From Eledone cirrhosa (lineage: Eukaryota), in assembly GCA_964016885.1 (NCBI GenBank), contig OZ024742.1, positions 192,696,001 through 192,760,000 on the forward strand: a DNA stretch of 64,000 nucleotides, read 5' to 3'. Position numbers and translations under genes: made by a program. Below, one piece after another: positions 56,580 through 64,000 of the stretch. How positions within the stretch are numbered: position 1 is the stretch's first letter; each line of letters begins with the position of its first letter. The notes under the pieces are model-generated. The model was given only the letters and a program-made list of their open reading frames with translations, made no database searches and was not told the DNA's origin.

Positions 56580-57890
56580 GATTGCGCAAATTTGTTCCTC
56601 GGAGATTGTGCATGGTGATTGTCCATGTGCATGGTGAGGTGTGGAAAGCCTTTACTAGTTTATAGTATACAATAAAACAGGTTTCCGCTGTTCTCTGCAA
56701 TCTTTCTACAAGTGGCTAGCAGAGAGTATCATGTCAACTGTTCTACTGCAGTCTCTAAAGGCGGCATGGCATGGTAGGACAGGTGAAATGAAAAAAAAAA
56801 AAAAAAGAGAATACAACCCAGTCAAAAATGGCTTCAAACATGGATGTGTAATTGCTCCAATCCTTGTCCCGTTATACTTTGCGGGTATACTTGACGAAAT
56901 TTCACCAAGCAACCGTATTGTAATGATCAAGTATCGCTCTGACAGTGGACTGGAATCAATGTCGAATCTCTGTTCACAAAGACTGACTAACAAGTCTTAT
57001 ATTACTTAACTGCAATACGCCAATGGCAATGCCTAGTCAATTCATTCAACAGAATCAATGCAGGAATCAGTTATCAAATTTTAAGAAATACGTATGATAT
57101 CTTGTGTCTGACAATCAACATCCATATGTCCAAACTTTTTGTCCAAACTTCCGTATTTCAACCTCGCTATCTCCAATAATCCACCGGAACAAGCAGATCA
57201 GAGTCACTATCAGAGAAGCATCCTACTCTTCGCACAATATCTCTGAATAAGACGTCTAGAAATGGATTCAAGCTGGTCATAGCACATTTAGGAAACTCTT
57301 CTATCCTGTTATCGGTATAAAAAACCCTGAAACTAGAAACCAAGCTCGTGGTATATCGAGCCGAGGTTTTCTCCACCTTAATATATAGTTGTGAAGCGAG
57401 GAATTTATATCGCCATGATATCTGAAAAATAGAACGATTTCATCAACGGAAACTTCGATGTGTTTTGAGCAGTAAACAGAAGGTATATGCCGGCTTATTT
57501 GCAGTCCTAGAATGGGCTAGTGCTAACAGTAATGAGTCCATCATCATCAAATTTGTCTCAAATGGAGAGCTACCGTCCAACGCATTAATATCGCCAGACT
57601 GCTACGTCGCGTCCACAATATTGACGTAAGCAAAGGTAAGAGATCATGTGGCCGTACTATCCAACGCTACAAATACCAACGGAAACAGACGATGAACAGC
57701 ATCAGAAACCCTATGTCACGGGTATAACGCACAGAAGAGAGAACAGTGTGGCGTCATGTTATCAATATCAGTGTAGAATACTTTATAGGAAAATCACCGG
57801 AAAGCTGAGAAGTATAAAAGGCTGTGATAAAAATACACCACTTACAACAAATGCTTTCAGCGACTATCAGATGTGAGATGTGTGTACAAA
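56579..57890 (+). mobile_element. Old RTE LINE relic with inverted 5' segment (56579-56750)
   Basis: Minus part: RTVDMILSA, LVKAFHT. Plus part: VKNGFKHGCVIAPIL, TKLVVYRA, YSCEA, ERFHQRKLR. Confidence 0.75.
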
Positions 57891-57939
57891 TTTTCTGGGA
57901 AAGAAAGAATGAAGTTCCGCTGTCGGCGATATATATATA

Positions 57940-58830
57940 CGTGTGTCAGAAAAGTTCCAGGACTGATGTCACAAAAATATTTTTCAAACCCAAACTTCAC
58001 ACTAAGAGTTTTCTCCTTCAAAATAATCCCCCTGGAGTCTAATGCACTTTTCCATTCTTTTCGGCCACGCTTGCATGCACTCCTGGAAGGATTCTTCCGG
58101 GATCCTCCGCAGTTCCGTCGTCATGGCCTTTTTGATGTCGTCCACGTCTTCAAAACGGGTCCCCTCCGGGTCGTACTCGAAGACTCATGACTCATCAACG
58201 GTGATGACTGTCCCTAGCAAGTCTGGTTCGGTTTCAAAATGCTCGTGGATGTCCTGGCACACTTGCATGCGTCGACCGTTCTGGTCATCGTTCAGCAGTT
58301 TTGGCACCATCTTCGCGCAGACTTTCCGCATGTCCAAATCTTCAGTGAGAATCTTCCAGACGTTGTCCCGATTCATGCCCAGCTCATTTGCCATCAGTCG
58401 AACAGTCAGTCGACGATCGCTACGCACCATCTGCCTGGCGCGCTCAACGTTGACCTCAGTCCTGGTTGTTGAGGGCCTTCCGCTCCTGGGGTCATCTTTC
58501 ACGTCCTCGCGTCCTTCTTTAAACCTCTTGCAACACTAAAAAACACGTGAGCGTGACAACGCCTCATCTCCATACACTTGCTGCAGCAATCGCAGTGCTT
58601 CTGATGGAGTTTTCAAGTATGTTCGTTGCTCTGTGCTCATTGCTTGACGACCTGAAACAGAGGACATGTATATAAAATTATGAAGAAAAAAGTTTGATCG
58701 CTGCAGAGAGCTAAGATTAGAGTTACATACTCCAGGGGGATTACTTTGAAGGAGAAAACTCTTAGTGTGAAGTTTGGGTTTGAAATAAATATTTTGTGAC
58801 ATCAGTCCTGGAACTTCTCTGACCCACCTC

Positions 58831-58831
<1 letters not shown>
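57940..58831 (-). mobile_element. Mariner element, internally deleted, ~100-bp terminal inverted repeats, in (TA)n
   Basis: [43 protein letters not shown] joined directly to GTRFEDV...GDYFEG. Ends CG(A/T)G..GTCAGA.AAGTTCCAGGACTG. Confidence 0.93.
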
Positions 58832-58903
<72 letters not shown>

Positions 58904-58994
58904 TATGTATACGTACATACATATATGTATACATACGTACAGTAGTATGTATATATATATACATACATGCACACATATATATATATGTACGTAT

Positions 58995-59290
58995 GGATTC
59001 ACCGAACATTTATTATAATGCTCGGTGTGTTTGTAAACAAACATCCCGAATTAAGCCGTACAGTGTCTAGCAACCACCGTTGCTCATTTGTTCAACACTG
59101 GCAAAGGAGCGCTGTACTAGTTTCAAGCTTATTAGCTATCGTCAGCAACGTATACCTTCCTGCCAGATGATTGAACGTCTGAAAGTATATACTTTCCTTA
59201 TGCATATTAACGGTTGAGCAGCCTAATTTGCATATCGAGTGTTGAATAAATGAGCAACGATGGTTGCTAGACACTGTACGGCTTAATTCA
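58995..59290 (-). mobile_element. Hammerhead mini-element with ~52-bp inverted segment
   Basis: 59049-59100 is the reverse complement of 59238-59290. HHR and octamer lie between the arms. Confidence 0.75.
59110..59150 (-). ncRNA. Minimal type I hammerhead ribozyme
   Basis: Minus strand: CGTTG CTGACGA T AGCT AATA AGCT T GAAA CTAG TA CAGCG. Palindromic ACTAGT stem III, GUA triplet. Confidence 0.85.
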
Positions 59291-59722
59291 AGTTTCTTAC
59301 AGGCATAGTTGTTTCCAGATGCTGTTCGACCTGGCTGTTAGGAAGTCTAGTAGCATGGCGACCTGTAGCACGTGTTGTTGAATCTATGTTTGTTGTGAGG
59401 GACTTATAATTAATAATATTTATCTTAATTTTACGTTCAACAAATGTCGCTTGTTGGAGTAATTCTTTCGCTGTGAAATAATTTAGCTCTCGGTGCATTT
59501 CGTCCCAGTGTAGCTTCATTCTGTTCATATAGCCAATGGAGGGATTGTTTTTGTCATTTTATAACAATTAAATAAATCATTATTAAGTTCGCAACTCCAA
59601 GAGAAATACGATTTATAATTTCGGTTTCTTCTGTAGCTACAACTTAATAAAGTTTGTTTACCTTTCTTGTTGTTTGTCTTCGATACTTCCTTAATTTTGT
59701 TGTTGATGTTGTGTTCAGCCAT
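59291..59722 (-). pseudogene. Possible PLE ORF N-terminal relic
   Basis: Basic K/N-rich ORF pieces with LFNCYKMTKTIPP, loosely like the PLE N-terminal FL..C....IP motif. No catalytic motifs. Confidence 0.35.
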
Positions 59723-60437
59723 GTTGTTTGTAGCAAATCCTTGTAAAATGAATTATGTATTTAGTCGGATATCTCTACGAATTCGAATCAAAGGTGTCTT
59801 CAGAAAGGATAGTTAGAAGAATAACCAGTTATTCAACCTGACTGTAGTTGTGGCATTACTGTCGGAGATAGTATTCATCTTAAATTTAATAAATAGTCTC
59901 CCACGCGAAAATATGCGACTGATCACGTTGACTGAGTTATGTATGTATGTATGTATGTATGTATGTATGTATGTATGTATGTATGTATGTATGTATGTAT
60001 GTATGTATGTATGTATGTATGTGTCTGTGTGTGTGAAGGTTTAAACAAATGATGTGGTGTTAAATTAACAAAATGATTTGCTGTATTCGTTCCTGCATTC
60101 TGCGATCTAAGTTCGAATCCCAGAGAACAAAAATTTACCTTCCTTCTTTTTGCGGTCGATAAAAAAACGTTCCACTCCAGTACCGGTGTAGATTCTTTCT
60201 CTATATATTTTACACTTCCTCTTACTCTGTCTGTAGAAGAAATCGGCTGTGTTCTGATCTATAGGTTCTACCATGTTTAAAAGGAATTTCAGTAGGACAG
60301 ACCTACGACTTCACCAGGAGTTACGGATCCATGCATACAAAAATATAATAACTAACACCTCAGTTATTATATAAGTACATTATATATATATACGTCCCCC
60401 CCCCCATATATATATATATATATACATATACATACAT

Positions 60438-60476
<39 letters not shown>

Positions 60477-60484
60477 ATAGGTAT

Positions 60485-60537
60485 CTAGAAATAGCCGTCG
60501 AAACGGCTTGAGCTCTGCCGTCGGGGTTAAAAATTTT

Positions 60538-60570
<33 letters not shown>

Positions 60571-60930
60571 CGAAGGAAATGTGGTAAGGAACCAGGTGGA
60601 CCATAACGCACCAAAGTACTCAATACTTGAGGTAGTAGAGTGGGTAATAGGAACCAGTAAGACCCCGACAGCTGAGCTCAAGCCGTTTCGACGGCTATTT
60701 CAGTCCAGAATTAGCCGTCGAAACGGCTTGAGCTCAGCTGTCGGGGTCTTACTGGTTCCTATATATATATATATATATATAGGTCAATATTTAACCTCAA
60801 CGGCAGAGCTCAAGCCGTTTCGACGGCTATTTCTGGACATCTTTTTCAGTGGTGTAGTAATAGTTGCAGGGTGTGTAAAAATATTCCAATGATTAGAGGT
60901 CTCCTCGGTCTCAGCAAAACGGATTCGATT
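60485..60930. mobile_element. Cluster of four pieces of the GAAACGGCTTGAGCTC.GCCGTC hammerhead family in alternating orientation
   Basis: 60485-60541 (+), 60569-60701 (-), 60702-60761 (+), 60781-60930 (-). The last retains the 5' core: CCA CTGAAAA A GATG TCCAGAAATAGC CGTC GAAA CGGC TTGAGCTCT GCCG TT. Confidence 0.8.
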
Positions 60931-60942
60931 CTCGGTCTCTCC

Positions 60943-60980
<38 letters not shown>

Positions 60981-61808
60981 CTCTATATATGTATGTATAA
61001 AACGCATGCACACACGTGTATATATATATATATATATATATATTCATAGAGGTTGTCTTACGTTTGCTGAAAGATAAAATCGCTGAAAGTTATGTTCAAC
61101 TTACTCTTTCCCTCATTTTAACACCACCTCCTTGCGTTTTGGATACTGTTTGCACTCAACTTTGTTGCAAGCACTCAACCAGGTATCTGATTTTACTCTA
61201 TATATTTTACTCCTTCCCGACAATCGAGAATGGGCAACAAATGGATATAGGCGCTGACAAATGATAAATGAAAAATCGATAAACTAAGTCCCCACCTCAC
61301 GTCATTTGCTAGGTAATGCGATGAAGTTGGATCCTCCATTGGATTCAATGATGAACATAAAGTCTTTCAATGAACTAACTAATTTTGAATTAACAAACAA
61401 ATAGTTACAAGGCATTTACAAAAGTGGTGGCAGCAAACAAGTGACGTCATGATTGCGAAGTGATCCACTTATAGATTCAACCTCGTCCTTGATATTGATC
61501 CAATCGTTTGCGAAACGCACATAGCTGGTCAATAATCAATAAGATTTTAATATGAAACGTCATGTCATAATTAATTCATATAGTCTGCTTTAGTATTGAG
61601 TGCAATTATTGTTAGCACATATTTACTGAAATTATTGAATAAACTATACACACACTCACAAACATATACATATATATATGTATATGCATACATATAGACA
61701 TATGTATATAAATATATATATATATACACATACAAACGCACACACACAGACAAACACACTCAAATACATTTATATATATGTATAGACATACATATAGACA
61801 TATATATA

Positions 61809-61882
<74 letters not shown>

Positions 61883-62099
61883 TAAACGGAATAGAAAGTG
61901 CTGACAAATTGTTCACAGTTGAAAAATGGTTTAATTAGGAATAAAAGAGTATTAGTGATTGTATGGGTTAGTATTCAGTTGTGGTTTTAAGTTTTTAAGT
62001 TTTTACCAGTTGCGCATTTCTAAATGCTTTTCAAAAATAATTTTGAGATAGAGTGTCCGTGCTGTTTGCTCTGATCTGATTAGTTTTGGGAATTCTACC

Positions 62100-62331
62100 T
62101 GTTTTTATGTTAAAAAAATGGCTCCAGCGTTATTTTTGTGTTGTAAAAATGCTTGTGGTCAAAACAATTTTGATTGGTCGGTAGAGGTCATGTGAATGTA
62201 AAAAGTTGATTTTGCGCCAAGACTGTTTTTATGTTAAAATGTTAGAAAAGTGGCTCCAGCAAAAATTATGGTCAAAACAATTTTGATTGGTCGGTAGAGG
62301 TCATGTGGATAAAAAATTGGTTTTGCGCCAA
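62100..62331. repeat. Imperfect direct repeat, ~120-bp period
   Basis: TGTTTTTATGTTAAAA..TGGCTCCAGC..TGGTCAAAACAATTTT.GATTGGTCGGTAGAGGTCATGTG..TTTTGCGCCAA occurs twice. Confidence 0.8.
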
Positions 62332-62358
62332 TATTGAGAAATGACTCTTTCACAACAA

Positions 62359-62418
<60 letters not shown>

Positions 62419-62490
62419 TAGTAGTAGTAGTAAGGTGTTCGATGCTGCGACAATAGCCACCAGCGATGTGTGTCAAATGGCTATTAAGAT

Positions 62491-62538
<48 letters not shown>

Positions 62539-62827
62539 ACATACACACAGCAGAGTCATTCGAAGGTCAAAAGATATTTTTCAGCTTTTGTCTTATACGG
62601 AGAAGTGCGTGTGTGTGTGTGTGTGTATAAGTCTCTTTGTATGTTGATGTACGCGTGTGTATGTGTTTGTGTATATATGTGTGTGTGTGTGTGTGCGTGT
62701 GTGGGTGGACCAGTATTTTTTTCCCCCCTGGTAAAATGGTGTACATTATTCGATTTTTTCAGTAAAATCGGTTCTCTTAATAGAACATCAACAATCTTAA
62801 CAATAAAAGGTGTGAAATGATATTCAC

Positions 62828-62874
<47 letters not shown>

Positions 62875-62959
62875 TTTCACTACATATATATATATATATA
62901 TATATACATATATACATACATATATATGCACATATATTTTTTTTTTTTTTTTTTTTTTG

Positions 62960-63462
62960 TATTGCACCATAGAGCATGTGTGTTTACGTGTGTCATTGTG
63001 TTTATATGTGGGTAGAGATGTGTGCTGATGTAGGTATGTATGTTGACGTGTGTATGTTGTGGGTTCGTCTTAGGGAGAAGTGTTTAGACGGGGTCCGTAT
63101 TTGTTAATGAAGTAAGATTCCTTGCTGATGCGCTGGGTGTGGGTGGCATTATCTTTAAATTTGTAGAGGGGAAAGATTCTGAAGTTGGGATGATTTTGGG
63201 CGGCGCAGGTATCAATGTGTTCACTCAGTGGTATTTTACTGTATTCCCGTATTTTAATTTGGGATCTATGGACAGTCATGCGTTGGCGGAGGCTGTTTTT
63301 GGTCTGGCCTATGTATTGTTCTCGACAACCTGAACAAGTTAATACATATATTAAATTTTCCGATGCACATGTGAAATTGTGTTTTACTATAAAACGTTGT
63401 CCATCTTTGAAATAGAATTCCGAACCCTCTATTAGGTTGATGCAAATGCCACAGTTGGGTCT
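62960..63462 (-). mobile_element. 5'-truncated Penelope-like element (Neptune-like GIY-YIG)
   Basis: Minus strand: CGIC, FTCASENLIYVLTCSGCREQYIGQTKNSLRQRMTVHRSQI...KESYFINKYGPRLN, stop at 63070. Confidence 0.88.
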
Positions 63463-63471
63463 ATCTATCTA

Positions 63472-63510
<39 letters not shown>

Positions 63511-63571
63511 AGTGCTTTTATATCAGTTATAAATATTTACTCGTTGTAACCCAACAATTTAAATAAAACTT

Positions 63572-63608
<37 letters not shown>

Positions 63609-63622
63609 GCACACGCACACAT

Positions 63623-63663
<41 letters not shown>

Positions 63664-63714
63664 CAGACATATATACATATATACATACACACATATATAT
63701 ATATATATACATAC

Positions 63715-63799
<85 letters not shown>

Positions 63800-64000
63800 C
63801 ATATATATATGGTGGGGGGTGCGTGCGTGTGTACGTATGCACATTTTATATGCAGAATTGACGTCGAATTTCAGTTTAAAGTGTAAGCTATATATATCGA
63901 AAAATAATCTATTCAAGGGTAATCACTTCGTAGGACATCTTGATATTTCAATGAATATTTAACTTGTCAAGCGTTGAATTGTCTGTTTCTCGTTTGGCCA

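Noticed and set aside
61295-61370. Possible short minus-strand exon (MEDPTSSHYLAND then GTGAG)
   Set aside because: Too short, and no homology I can recognise.

Overview
Eukaryotic, AT-rich, extremely microsatellite-rich DNA in which I can support no host protein-coding gene. The SINE repertoire and the (TA)n/(CA)n/(ATT)n load point to an octopus-like cephalopod genome; this is inference. Nearly all long ORFs belong to retroelements: a near full-length RTE LINE (1.3-5.4 kb), RTE relics, a decayed Gypsy element, a Tx1 / R4-Dong / Tx1 stack joined by (ATT)n tracts (40.8-52.9 kb), and Penelope-like elements (PLEs). There is also an internally deleted mariner, several MITEs and many tRNA-derived SINEs. 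The most striking unexplained layer is a set of sequence-unrelated, (TA)n-embedded, non-coding mini-elements carrying type I hammerhead ribozyme (HHR) motifs. Two are ~468-nt units bounded by direct repeats (retrozyme-like), and two share a paired-octamer plus ACTAGT-hammerhead architecture. Their 5' truncation and fold-back points cluster at the hammerhead core/stem II. The commonest SINE also appears to share its 3' end and ATT target with the Tx1 LINE. All folds and alignments were done by eye, and boundaries inside microsatellites are approximate.
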